From the NCBI GenBank assembly GCA_964592405.1, contig CAZQBY010000007.1, forward strand, positions 1 through 64,000: a DNA stretch of 64,000 nucleotides, given 5' to 3'. Shown here one piece after another: positions 29,989 to 39,361 of this stretch (the stretch's first letter is position 1; each line of letters opens with the position of its first letter). A program made the translations under genes and the position numbers. The notes below the pieces were generated by a model. The model saw only the letters and a list, made by a program, of their open reading frames with translations, was not told the origin of the DNA and searched no databases. Source of the stretch: an uncultured archaeon. GTDB lineage: Archaea; Altiarchaeota; Altiarchaeia; JAFGQM01.

Positions 29989-30369
29989 ATGACAAGAGTG
30001 AAACAAATATACAGATGTAACATTTGTGGCAATATCGTGGAGGTTCTACACGCAGGGGCTGGCGAGCTGGTCTGCTGCGGACAGCCGATGCAGCTCATGG
30101 AGGAGCAGACCGCAGACTATAAAACCGAGAAGCACGTCCCGGTCATAGAGAAGACTGCCAAGGGTGTGAAGGTTAAGGTAGGCTCGGTGCCGCACCCAAT
30201 GGAAGACGAACATTACATAGAATGGATAGAAGTCATTGCAGGGGGAGAGTCATACAGGGAGTTTCTGAGCCCGGGCGACAAGCCGGAGGCGGAGTTCTGT
30301 ATCCCGTTTGAGAAGATAACCAAAGCTAGGGAATACTGCAACATCCACAGGCTCTGGGCCACGGAATAG
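29989..30369 (+). CDS. dfx: Desulfoferrodoxin (2Fe superoxide reductase)
   Basis: [32 protein letters not shown]. Confidence 0.93.
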   Translation: MTRVKQIYRCNICGNIVEVLHAGAGELVCCGQPMQLMEEQTADYKTEKHVPVIEKTAKGVKVKVGSVPHPMEDEHYIEWIEVIAGGESYREFLSPGDKPEAEFCIPFEKITKAREYCNIHRLWATE

Positions 30370-30519
30370 GCACGTCCTCTTTTTACCCCCAGTTTCTTGG
30401 TTATCTTTGATTATGAGGATTTAGTTGCTAGTATTTGAGAACAGATTTTGTTATTTCTCTGCCACAACTATTGGCAGTTCGAAGATTAACCCTTTTTAAC
30501 CTACAAAGCTGGAAATAAT

Positions 30520-31044
30520 ATGATGTTGGAGGCAAGTCTGGAGCTGAACAAAGCCCTGAAGGGGTTTTTAGAGGTTTCCGAGTCGCTCGGGAAGCTTGAG
30601 AGGCCAAAGGTATGTACATTAGAGCCTGGGGCTAAGATAAAGGCATGCTCAGGATTTATGAAGATATATGAGCTCTGTGTCAGGGTGGATGAAACCTTAA
30701 GAGATATGATCAGACACAAGGATAGTGATGAGGTGAAACACAGCTTTGAGCGCGCAAGGGAGCTGATTGAGAATTTGACAGAAGCAGTCTCCTCTCTGAG
30801 TGATCGGGAGAGGCGTATGCTCTTGACATACATGCATCAGGAGTTCTTCCAGTATGGGAAGCACATAAAGAAACTGTTGAGTGGCCGGCCCGCCAGCAGG
30901 ATATGGGGTGAAAAGGATTTTGTACGCATATCAAAGGACTTCTCAATGGCTGTAGAGGCTTTGAGGAAATCGGCAGCATTCGTGCTGCTTATAATAGCGG
31001 CGCCAGAGAAGAGCCGGGAGGAGATAGGAAGGCTCATCTGCTAG
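30520..31044 (+). CDS. Hypothetical helical protein
   Basis: 174-aa ORF filling the gap; no motif recognised. Confidence 0.55.
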   Translation: MMLEASLELNKALKGFLEVSESLGKLERPKVCTLEPGAKIKACSGFMKIYELCVRVDETLRDMIRHKDSDEVKHSFERARELIENLTEAVSSLSDRERRMLLTYMHQEFFQYGKHIKKLLSGRPASRIWGEKDFVRISKDFSMAVEALRKSAAFVLLIIAAPEKSREEIGRLIC

Positions 31045-32060
31045 GAATCTGGTTTTAGGATAACCTTTATCGACTCCTTGGCCTCTGCCACAAGCTTGAA
31101 GCCCTCTTGAGCATCTTGCAGTGGAAGGATGTGCGTTATCAGGTCATCAACCTGTATCCTCCTGTTCTTAATAAGTTTCAAGGCCTCCTCCAGATCTCTC
31201 GGGGCTGCGCCGTAGGACGTGATTACCGCGATCTCATTCCTCCAGAAGTCGTTGACGGGGATGCTGACATCGGCGCCCGGCTCCGGGACCGCGAAGAAGA
31301 GGATTGTGCCGCCCCTGTCCGCAGACTCCAGAGCCTGCTTGACTGCCGAAAGGGCCCCGGTGCAGAGGATGACCTTGTCGGCCAGGCGCCCGCCATTGGC
31401 CTCCTTAAGCTTCTCTGTAGTGTAACTCTTTGCGTCTATCACAGCGTCTGCGCCAAACTCCTTAGCTTTGCGCAGTCGCCATTCGTTGATGTCAGTGGCT
31501 ATGACCCTCGCGCCCTTGGCCTTCGCCAGCTTGACGTGCAGCAGCCCGGCGATGCCGCTTCCCAGGACAAGGGCCGTCTGGCCTTTCCCAAGCTGCGCAA
31601 TCCGGTGGCCCCTGGCTACGCACGCAAGGGGCTCTATGAGCGTGCCCTCCTCATAGGACATATCATCGGGCAAGATATAGACGCCCTTCTCGACGTTTAT
31701 TTTGGGGATGCGCACGTACTCGGCGAAGCCGCCCGGCTCGAAGTTGGTGGTGTGGAGGGTCTCGCAGGCAGTTTCATGACCTCCTCTGCAGTATCGGCAC
31801 ACTCCGCATGGAACGTGGTGGGAGACGAAGACGCGTTGGCCTGCCTCATACGGGCAGCCATCACCAACCTCCACTATCTCGCCGGTAGCTTCATGGCCCA
31901 AAACAAGGGGAGCCTTTTTGATGCGGTACCATTCCATAACATCAGAGCCACATATTCCACAGGCCCTGACCCTGAGCAGGAACTCACCCTTCCCAACTCT
32001 GGGTTTTGGCATCTCTTCTATGCGGACGTCGTCGTTCCGGTAGTAGACTGCTGCGCGCAT
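31041..32060 (-). CDS. Zn-dependent medium-chain dehydrogenase (sorbitol/threonine DH-like)
   Basis: CGICGSD, GHE, CGVCRYC..C, GSGIAG; likely start MRAAVYY at 32060. Confidence 0.9.
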   Translation of the reverse strand: MRAAVYYRNDDVRIEEMPKPRVGKGEFLLRVRACGICGSDVMEWYRIKKAPLVLGHEATGEIVEVGDGCPYEAGQRVFVSHHVPCGVCRYCRGGHETACETLHTTNFEPGGFAEYVRIPKINVEKGVYILPDDMSYEEGTLIEPLACVARGHRIAQLGKGQTALVLGSGIAGLLHVKLAKAKGARVIATDINEWRLRKAKEFGADAVIDAKSYTTEKLKEANGGRLADKVILCTGALSAVKQALESADRGGTILFFAVPEPGADVSIPVNDFWRNEIAVITSYGAAPRDLEEALKLIKNRRIQVDDLITHILPLQDAQEGFKLVAEAKESIKVILKPDS

Positions 32061-32109
32061 TTGGGTTCCCGGTTTTCTGTTTTTGGTTCTCGTTGTTCTG
32101 CCCCGGTCC

Positions 32110-32961
32110 TCAGACCTTCTTGGCGTCCTGCTCATCCTGCCCCTCGAGCTTCTTGGTAGGTCCGCGGCCCGCTCTCTTCAGACTATTAAACAGTTGTAGC
32201 GCCTCTTTCGGTGTTGCATCCTCATGTATGAGTGCGCGCACCGCCTGTATCATGGCCACCGGGTCCTCTGACTGGAAGATGTTTCTCCCCATATCCACGC
32301 CTATGGCACCTGCCTGTATGGCATTATAAGCCATAGTCAGTGCATCCAGTTCAGCTATCTTCTTGCCACCCGCCATTACAATCGGGGCAGGACAGCTGTC
32401 AACAACTCTCTCAAACCCGTCACAATAATAGGTTTTTACAAGGTGTGCCCCATGTTCTGCGGCCATTCTGCAGGCTAGGCTGAGATATCTCGAATCTCTT
32501 GTCATATCCTTTCCCACAGCCGTTACGGCCATCGCAACCATTCCATATCTCTCACATTCATCCACCCATCTGGAGAAGTCAAGAATGGTGTCTCTCTCCC
32601 AAGGCATACCCACTGTAATGGAATACCCTATACCAACGGCATTGAGACGGATGACATCCTCTATTGATATTGTGATGCCTTCATGGAGTAGCTCCGGTCC
32701 GACTATACTGGTTCCCCCGGATGCGCGTAGCATGACCGGGACATTTGTCTTGGGATCCACACAGCTGCGAAGCATACCGCGGGTGCAGAAGAGCGTGTCG
32801 CAATACGGCAACAGGGGCTCAACTGCAGTCCTGAAGTTTTCCAATCCTGTGGTTGGTCCCAAGAAGTAGCCATGGTCCACAGCCAGCATCAGCGTCCTTC
32901 CCGTTTTGGGTTTTATTATCTTGGACAATCGATTTCGCATTCCCCAATCCATCTTTATCAC
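32110..32961 (-). CDS. lsrF: LsrF-like class I aldolase/thiolase (DhnA family)
   Basis: [47 protein letters not shown]. Confidence 0.88.
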   Translation of the reverse strand: MIKMDWGMRNRLSKIIKPKTGRTLMLAVDHGYFLGPTTGLENFRTAVEPLLPYCDTLFCTRGMLRSCVDPKTNVPVMLRASGGTSIVGPELLHEGITISIEDVIRLNAVGIGYSITVGMPWERDTILDFSRWVDECERYGMVAMAVTAVGKDMTRDSRYLSLACRMAAEHGAHLVKTYYCDGFERVVDSCPAPIVMAGGKKIAELDALTMAYNAIQAGAIGVDMGRNIFQSEDPVAMIQAVRALIHEDATPKEALQLFNSLKRAGRGPTKKLEGQDEQDAKKV

Positions 32962-32994
32962 ATAGTTTAATATCCCGCTTTTACTCTAATGGTT

Positions 32995-33207
32995 TCATTT
33001 CAAAGGCCTTACAATTTCATAACCCTTGTCTATGAGCCAGTGATGAAATTCGTATGTGGTGTGAACACAATACTTCTTGCAGATGCTACGTATCCTCTCG
33101 TAGTCATCAGAATCCTTCTTGTATTTGTCCAGCTCTATTTGGATTGGGCATGAGATATCTCTGCAATATTCCCGCCTCTGGTAATCTGCATACCCCTCTA
33201 TGGACAT
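32995..33207 (-). CDS. Small Cys/His-containing protein
   Basis: EYCRDISCP...C...C.H...FHHWL; sits inside the operon. Confidence 0.7.
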   Translation of the reverse strand: MSIEGYADYQRREYCRDISCPIQIELDKYKKDSDDYERIRSICKKYCVHTTYEFHHWLIDKGYEIVRPLK

Positions 33208-33264
33208 TGTAGAAAAGAGCACTATAATTGCCTTTATAGCATAAAAAATTACCTGACAGACTAT

Positions 33265-33825
33265 CTACCTGACGGACTCAACGGCCTTTTCAATTCTTCT
33301 ATGACATGTTTTGAGATTCCTACCGATGACAAGGACGCCATGTTCTTTCAATACTATGAGTCTTCTCCTCTTAAGAGCTTTGATGGCAGAAAGGGCCAGC
33401 TCCAGCGTGCCATATGGGTGGTGTCCACCTGTTTCAACAAACTGGTCATGTTTTGAAAGTATCTCCACATCGTGGAAATGGACTACTGCACCGATCCTTG
33501 GAAAGGTCTCATATATAAGCCAGTGCATCATTGTTTCTGATGAGGGTAGCATTCTGCCAACGGCCCTTACCAACCCTACATCCTCATCTACTCCGGTTAC
33601 AAGAACCAGATCCCCGGCACGTATCCGACTCATGTCCTTGCCACTGGGTGTTATGACAATACCGTCTTTGACCCTCACACTAACATTACCGTTGTTGCTG
33701 TCCAGCAGTTTTCGCTTTCCAAGTCTGCTGAGCTCCTCCAGTATCTCCCTGCGCTCTTTTTCATAGCCGAAATCTACTCCTTCAAAGAGGACCTTGAACT
33801 TCACACCAGTGTATGCTTCTGTCAT
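33265..33825 (-). CDS. Class II aldolase/adducin family protein
   Basis: GNVSVR, ITPSG, PSSE..MH, VVHFH, LKEHG; likely start MTEAY at 33825. Confidence 0.88.
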   Translation of the reverse strand: MTEAYTGVKFKVLFEGVDFGYEKERREILEELSRLGKRKLLDSNNGNVSVRVKDGIVITPSGKDMSRIRAGDLVLVTGVDEDVGLVRAVGRMLPSSETMMHWLIYETFPRIGAVVHFHDVEILSKHDQFVETGGHHPYGTLELALSAIKALKRRRLIVLKEHGVLVIGRNLKTCHRRIEKAVESVR

Positions 33826-33918
33826 TATCTCGTTATTCCATACCTTATTTACAGATTGTAGTTTTTTACATGCCTCCATTAAAATAACCTGCTGGGCAAT
33901 TGGGATTTTGGGTAGCAG

Positions 33919-34620
33919 ATGGACCCTGCTGAGAAAGAAAAGCTCAAGAGGGAGCTTAAGAAGTTGCGCAAGAGGAATATGGAGAGTAAGAAGGGTAGAA
34001 AGAGTGTTAATCTCCACCTCCTGTTACTTATAATAGTCCTTCTGATAGCCCTTGTGGCAGCCACATTCTATTTCTTCTGGAAGCATAACATACTTGTAGA
34101 AGAGAATGCCAAAAGGCTTAGGATGGCCTCCAGCAGAGAAGGTGAGCTGGGGAAATGCCTTAATGACTTGGAGAATGCCCGCAAGGAGATGGATGCGCTC
34201 ATGGAAGAACTTAACATAAGCTCAGCATCAAGGACATCACTCAGCATACTCTACCAGAACCTATCTGCCATAAAGGCATCATTAGAGGAAAGCCTCTCCA
34301 CAACTGAAAGCAGTCTGGGAGAATGCAAGCTTCAGCTTGAAGAATCCAGAAATGAGTTGGAGGACACTATAGAAGAGCTAAATGATTACATAATACAGTT
34401 CAACTTAAAAGTACGGGAGCTCCAAAGAACAAAGGACGAATTGGACAATCTCAAGGAGGAAAGAAATGAACTGCAGGACCAGGTGGATGATTTGAACGAC
34501 CGGATTCAGGAGTTGGAAGATGATCTGACAGACGCAAGAGCAACTATTGAAGATCTACAAAATCAGCTTCAGAATCTCCAGACCTGCGTTCAGGAGAACG
34601 ACTGTGCTGCCTGTATATAA
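33919..34620 (+). CDS. Membrane-anchored long coiled-coil protein
   Basis: Basic N-terminus, single TM, heptad-rich body, Cys-rich tail CVQENDCAAC. Confidence 0.75.
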   Translation: MDPAEKEKLKRELKKLRKRNMESKKGRKSVNLHLLLLIIVLLIALVAATFYFFWKHNILVEENAKRLRMASSREGELGKCLNDLENARKEMDALMEELNISSASRTSLSILYQNLSAIKASLEESLSTTESSLGECKLQLEESRNELEDTIEELNDYIIQFNLKVRELQRTKDELDNLKEERNELQDQVDDLNDRIQELEDDLTDARATIEDLQNQLQNLQTCVQENDCAACI

Positions 34621-34622
34621 AC

Positions 34623-35456
34623 ATGAACGATTTTGAGAGAAAGATCAGCAGGATCCGTATGAGGATGGGGAAAATTAACCTATTCCGCTATACTGTGATG
34701 TTCATAACCCTGCTTCTCCTCAACTCTCTGCTACTGTTTCTTGCAGGAATCTGGATTTACGCCTCCCTCTTTCCTGCACTGATTATTGTAATGATTATAT
34801 ACCTTCTAGAGAAGAGACATGTAGATCCCCTGATTAAGATGGAAGAGGGAAATCCTGCTCTTGAGGAAAGACTCAGAGCCGCCTACGACAATCGGGGGAG
34901 GGACAATGTCATAGTACATAGTCTGATAAGAGAGGTGAATTGTGAGCTTAATGACTTAGATGAGGAAGCGTTCATCAACATGAGGCGTGTCAGCACATAT
35001 GTTGGCGTTTCTGTTGTGGTCGTGTTCATCCTCTTATCCCTCTTGTTTACGGGCTTTAAAGGATTTAGCCTTGGCGCCCTTCTTGGCAGTGGTGGAGGAG
35101 GGGGTGGCGATGGTATGACCGGCGAAGGTTCTGGTACAGGTCAGGGAGGTGGTGGACTTTCCGGTCAGGGTGAAACACAATCCTCAGAGGAGACCAGCAT
35201 TGGACAGGGTCCGCCAAAAGACATCTATGGGGAACCATCAATAGCCCGGATAGAAGGGCAGGATCTGGAACTGGAGATGCACCCGGAGTATGGTGAATAT
35301 GGAGACTTTGACATGGATGGGAGTACAGACAGGGTTGAGGAAATACGAAGTGGTTTTATACAGGGCACAGCCACTGAGAGTTACACGGAGAACATTCCGA
35401 TGGAGCTTGAAAGTATGGTAAGAAAATACTTTGAGAAGCTGACGGAGGAGGGGTGA
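34623..35456 (+). CDS. MoxR-operon membrane protein with Gly-rich linker
   Basis: TM pair, LEERLRAAYDN, Gly-rich tract, terminal VRKYFEKL. Confidence 0.75.
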   Translation: MNDFERKISRIRMRMGKINLFRYTVMFITLLLLNSLLLFLAGIWIYASLFPALIIVMIIYLLEKRHVDPLIKMEEGNPALEERLRAAYDNRGRDNVIVHSLIREVNCELNDLDEEAFINMRRVSTYVGVSVVVVFILLSLLFTGFKGFSLGALLGSGGGGGGDGMTGEGSGTGQGGGGLSGQGETQSSEETSIGQGPPKDIYGEPSIARIEGQDLELEMHPEYGEYGDFDMDGSTDRVEEIRSGFIQGTATESYTENIPMELESMVRKYFEKLTEEG

Positions 35457-35559
35457 CTGAGTATTTGTGGAGTGCCAAAATTTCTGATAATCCTTCGAAA
35501 AAAACCGTCTATCAGGGATACGGATATTCGATTTATATGCGCTCACGTATTATTTAAGC

Positions 35560-36534
35560 ATGGTGGAAGCGGAGACCTATCAGAAAGCAGGAGCCCTCTT
35601 CGAAAAAGTCATAGATAATGTTAGGAAGCGCATAATTGGGCAGGATGAAATTGTGGAGCAGATGATAATTGCTATAATAACTGGCGGCCATGCCCTGTTG
35701 GAAGGGTATCCGGGCCTTGGTAAGACTATGATGGTTAGGACTCTAGCAGAGACTATGGATCTGAAATTCAGCAGAGTGCAATGTACACCAGATCTGATGC
35801 CCTCTGATATAACCGGAACTTATGTCATAGAGGAGGACCCTAACACAGGCAAGAAAACATTTCAGTTTCAGGAGGGTCCAGTGTTCTCAAACGTGGTACT
35901 GGCTGACGAGATAAACAGGGCGACCCCCAAGACACAATCCGCCCTGTTGGAGGCCATGCAGGAGAAACAGGTAACTGTTGGTAATAAAACCTTCCCTCTT
36001 GAGATGCCCTTCTTTGTGCTGGCCACGCAGAATCCCATAGAGATGGAGGGTACATACCCCCTACCGGAAGCACAACTAGATCGCTTCTTGCTCAAGCTTA
36101 TGGTAAACTACCCAAGTTTTGAGGATGAGAACAGGGTGGTTGAATTATATACAGGTGAGGAGATTCCACAGGTAGGGCGGGTACTCAACAAGGATATTAT
36201 ATTGGATCTTGGCCGGTTGGTCAGGATGATGCCAATTTCCAATGATTTGAGAGAGTATGTTATGAGGATAGTTGTAGCCACAAGACCCGGAAAGGAGAAC
36301 AAGACTGCAAGCAGATATCTGGACTATGGAGCTTCCTCCAGAGCGGGTATTGGCATAGTTTTATCAGCCAAAGCACGTGCTCTTCTGCACGGAAACAATT
36401 TCGTGAGCAAGGCAGATATTGAAGTAATGGCTTTTCCAGTCCTGCGACATCGTCTAATCCTGAATTTTGAATCGGAAAGAGAGGGTATGACAACGGATGA
36501 GGTCATCCGGATGATAATCAGTGAGGTCAAATAG
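35560..36534 (+). CDS. moxR: MoxR-family AAA+ ATPase
   Basis: GYPGLGKT, RVQCTPDLMPSDITG, DEINRATPKTQSALLEAM, ATQNPIE. Confidence 0.95.
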   Translation: MVEAETYQKAGALFEKVIDNVRKRIIGQDEIVEQMIIAIITGGHALLEGYPGLGKTMMVRTLAETMDLKFSRVQCTPDLMPSDITGTYVIEEDPNTGKKTFQFQEGPVFSNVVLADEINRATPKTQSALLEAMQEKQVTVGNKTFPLEMPFFVLATQNPIEMEGTYPLPEAQLDRFLLKLMVNYPSFEDENRVVELYTGEEIPQVGRVLNKDIILDLGRLVRMMPISNDLREYVMRIVVATRPGKENKTASRYLDYGASSRAGIGIVLSAKARALLHGNNFVSKADIEVMAFPVLRHRLILNFESEREGMTTDEVIRMIISEVK

Positions 36535-36572
36535 ATTCTTGCATTTTAACCGATCATCCTTAAATTAAAGGG

Positions 36573-37457
36573 ATGATAGACCTCGAATTTATAAAGCAGC
36601 TCAAGAAGCTTGATCTGCTGGCAAAAAGAAAGATAGTTAGCAGTTATGCCGGTGGTCAGCGCTCCATCAAACAGGGACGCGGAATAGAACCTATTGATTA
36701 CAGGGAATACTATCCTGGTGATGACCCGAGGTTTGTTGATTGGAAGGTATACGGCCGGACAGAAAAGCTCTTTATCAAGCGCTTTGAGGAGGAAAGGAGC
36801 CTGACAACACATATCCTCGTAGATGCCAGCAATAGTATGAATTTTGGGAGTGGAAAATACAGCAAATATGATTTTGCATCAATGTTGGCAATTGGTTTTG
36901 CTTATCTTGTGACCAAAGAAAACGAGAAGTTTGCCATTAGCACCTATGCAGATGGACTCAAGGAGGTCATGCAACCAAAGCGTGGCAAGAAGCAGTTCTT
37001 CAAAGCCATTGAGGTTCTCAATGAAGAAAAACTTGGAGGGCTAACAAATCTTGAAGCGGTCGGCAGGAGATATGAGGGTCTGATAAAGAGTAGATCGCTT
37101 TGCATAATTATATCTGATTTCCTCGAGCCGATTGAAACAATACACAAGGGGCTTATGCATCTGGCCAAAAAGTCAAAGAATCTGCTAGTTATTCACTTAG
37201 CTGATCCGACTGAAAAGAAACTGGAGTGGCAGGGGGATATAAAACTATATGATCTAGAAACACAACAGATAAAGAAGATATTTTTCACTCCAAAGATGCG
37301 GCGGGAATACAGCGTAAGGTTTATGGCTCATATTGAGAAAATCAGAAAAATCTGTGATTCCATGGGTGCTGATTTTTTCTCCGTCACCACGGATGAACCG
37401 ATATTTGACATATTCTTCCGGATAACACATCTCACTACCAGAGGACATGCCATATGA
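36573..37457 (+). CDS. DUF58 (vWA-like) protein
   Basis: REYYPGDDPRFVDWKVY, DASNSM, ISDF. Confidence 0.92.
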   Translation: MIDLEFIKQLKKLDLLAKRKIVSSYAGGQRSIKQGRGIEPIDYREYYPGDDPRFVDWKVYGRTEKLFIKRFEEERSLTTHILVDASNSMNFGSGKYSKYDFASMLAIGFAYLVTKENEKFAISTYADGLKEVMQPKRGKKQFFKAIEVLNEEKLGGLTNLEAVGRRYEGLIKSRSLCIIISDFLEPIETIHKGLMHLAKKSKNLLVIHLADPTEKKLEWQGDIKLYDLETQQIKKIFFTPKMRREYSVRFMAHIEKIRKICDSMGADFFSVTTDEPIFDIFFRITHLTTRGHAI

Positions 37458-39361
37458 TGCCTGAATTCGCCAATCCTTGGGCCCTGTATTTATTGCTTCT
37501 GATTATACCCATCATAATCCTGTATCTGCTCAGACCAAAACCAAGAGATATGCACGTACCGTCCCTGATGTTCATTATGCATATGGAGCGCAGAAAAAGG
37601 TTTCGCTCTTTTTTTAGGAGGATAATACGCGACCCACTTCTGATGTTGCAGCTTGCTGCCATCTCGCTGCTCGTTTTTGCTATGGCAAACCCCTTTTATA
37701 TTACAAAGGAGGTAAAGGATATACGGCAGGATGTTGTGGTTGTTCTAGATGTCTCAGCCTCCATGCAGACATCTGGAAGATTCGCTCAGGCCAAGCAGAC
37801 GGCCCTGTCTGTGGTAGCAGATCTCGGCATGGAGGATAGAATCTCCATAGTACTGGCCGAAAAGATACCAATAGTTTTGCTAAAACAGGGGAGTAAGCCA
37901 GAGGCACAAACCCTGCTTGAAGCAGTGAAACCCGGTGCTACCCCCACTGGTATCGGCGGTGCCATACTCCTCGCCTCTGATCTGATAAAAGACTCTGAAG
38001 TTGAGAAAAGGATAGTTGTCATATCTGATTTTTCCCACTATAGTGGTATTGACCCACTGGCTGCCCAGAAGCAGGCATTCGCGAATGGGATAGGTGTGGA
38101 GTTAATACGGGTTGGTGACAGAGCGACCAATATTGGGATAGTCAACGTGAGAAGCGGGAGAAGTTCAAACTCCTGCTTTATGGATGTGATTGTAAAAAAC
38201 TATGGAAACATAGAAAGTAGTGTCCAGGCAAAATTTTTGCTGGATAACAGTGTGGTTGCTTCTGCTTCCAAAACCATAAGTGGTGGAAGCTCAGACATCT
38301 TTCAATTTTCCGCCCCATGTACGGGAGCCAGACATATGGCTATAACATCTATTTCTTCTGCAGATGATCTGAGTGTTGATAACAGGGCATATGCAGTGAT
38401 AGAGGAAGTTGCTGAGTGGGATGTTCTGCTGATAAGAGAGAGGGACAGTGATGAATACATCAGGTATGCCCTTGAGTCCCTAGGAGGTATTAGTATAGAT
38501 GAAACCTATCCGCCAATCTATCCGCAGTCATACAAAGGCTATGATACTGTAATATTCCAAGAATCGGAGGCACAAAACATACTGGGCGGTACCTTCTCTG
38601 AACTAGAGAAATTTGTCAGAGAGGGTGGCAACCTCATAGTTCTCGGATTTGAAGGCTTGGTTAATGTCCAGCCAGAATATTTGGGGGACATCTTACCAAT
38701 TATACCAATAGAGGTATTATACGCAGGGGAAACCCCAACCAAGGTTTTTGACCACCAGATACTAAGAGACCTAGACCTAGACGAAATAATTATAAATAGA
38801 TACATCTATGCTGACGAGAAGGCAGGCTCCGTCACTCCGGTAAGAATCAGAGGAATGCCCTTGATAACCTCGTGGAAACTCGGCAGTGGCAGAGTACTTT
38901 ATTTGGGCATATCAGCAAATGCCAGTTGGAGTGATTTTTATCTTAAGCCTTCATTCCCCATATTCTGGTATGATGTCCTGAGATGGATAAACCAGGATGA
39001 ATCGCTCATAAATGTATACAATTTCAAAACCGGTGAGCAACTGCCCCATCTGTCAGATAGTCTAATAAGAGTCAAAAAGCCATCCGGCGAAATTGTTGAG
39101 GGTGTGGATGTAGTCCTAGACGAGACCGGATTCTATGATATCGAAAATCTGGGGAAAACAATTGCAGCCAGCTTGCTAGATGAGGAGGAGTCCGATGTCA
39201 ACTATCAAATTGAGACGCCTTCAGGTGATATCAGGAGGGGGTATTCAAGGGCCATAGTTAGAGAGGATGTGGTTCACCAGCTGTTCTGGCTCTTGGCCCT
39301 GATAGCCCTCTGTCTTGTAGTTGTAGAATGGTTTTACTATAAAGGGAGGGGCTCGATATGA
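37454..39361 (+). CDS. BatA-N / vWA domain membrane protein
   Basis: FANPWAL..PIIILYL..PSLMF, MIDAS DVSASM, ISD, Ig-like and GATase-like regions, C-terminal TM. Confidence 0.85.
   Translation: MMPEFANPWALYLLLLIIPIIILYLLRPKPRDMHVPSLMFIMHMERRKRFRSFFRRIIRDPLLMLQLAAISLLVFAMANPFYITKEVKDIRQDVVVVLDVSASMQTSGRFAQAKQTALSVVADLGMEDRISIVLAEKIPIVLLKQGSKPEAQTLLEAVKPGATPTGIGGAILLASDLIKDSEVEKRIVVISDFSHYSGIDPLAAQKQAFANGIGVELIRVGDRATNIGIVNVRSGRSSNSCFMDVIVKNYGNIESSVQAKFLLDNSVVASASKTISGGSSDIFQFSAPCTGARHMAITSISSADDLSVDNRAYAVIEEVAEWDVLLIRERDSDEYIRYALESLGGISIDETYPPIYPQSYKGYDTVIFQESEAQNILGGTFSELEKFVREGGNLIVLGFEGLVNVQPEYLGDILPIIPIEVLYAGETPTKVFDHQILRDLDLDEIIINRYIYADEKAGSVTPVRIRGMPLITSWKLGSGRVLYLGISANASWSDFYLKPSFPIFWYDVLRWINQDESLINVYNFKTGEQLPHLSDSLIRVKKPSGEIVEGVDVVLDETGFYDIENLGKTIAASLLDEEESDVNYQIETPSGDIRRGYSRAIVREDVVHQLFWLLALIALCLVVVEWFYYKGRGSI

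Noticed and set aside
32064-32101. Loose 7-bp periodic repeat between lsrF and the dehydrogenase
   Set aside because: Short and degenerate (about four NNRRAAC units); no supportable function
33826-34017. Long N-terminus of the class II aldolase
   Set aside because: Overlaps the divergent coiled-coil gene; ATG 33825 leaves a sensible divergent promoter gap
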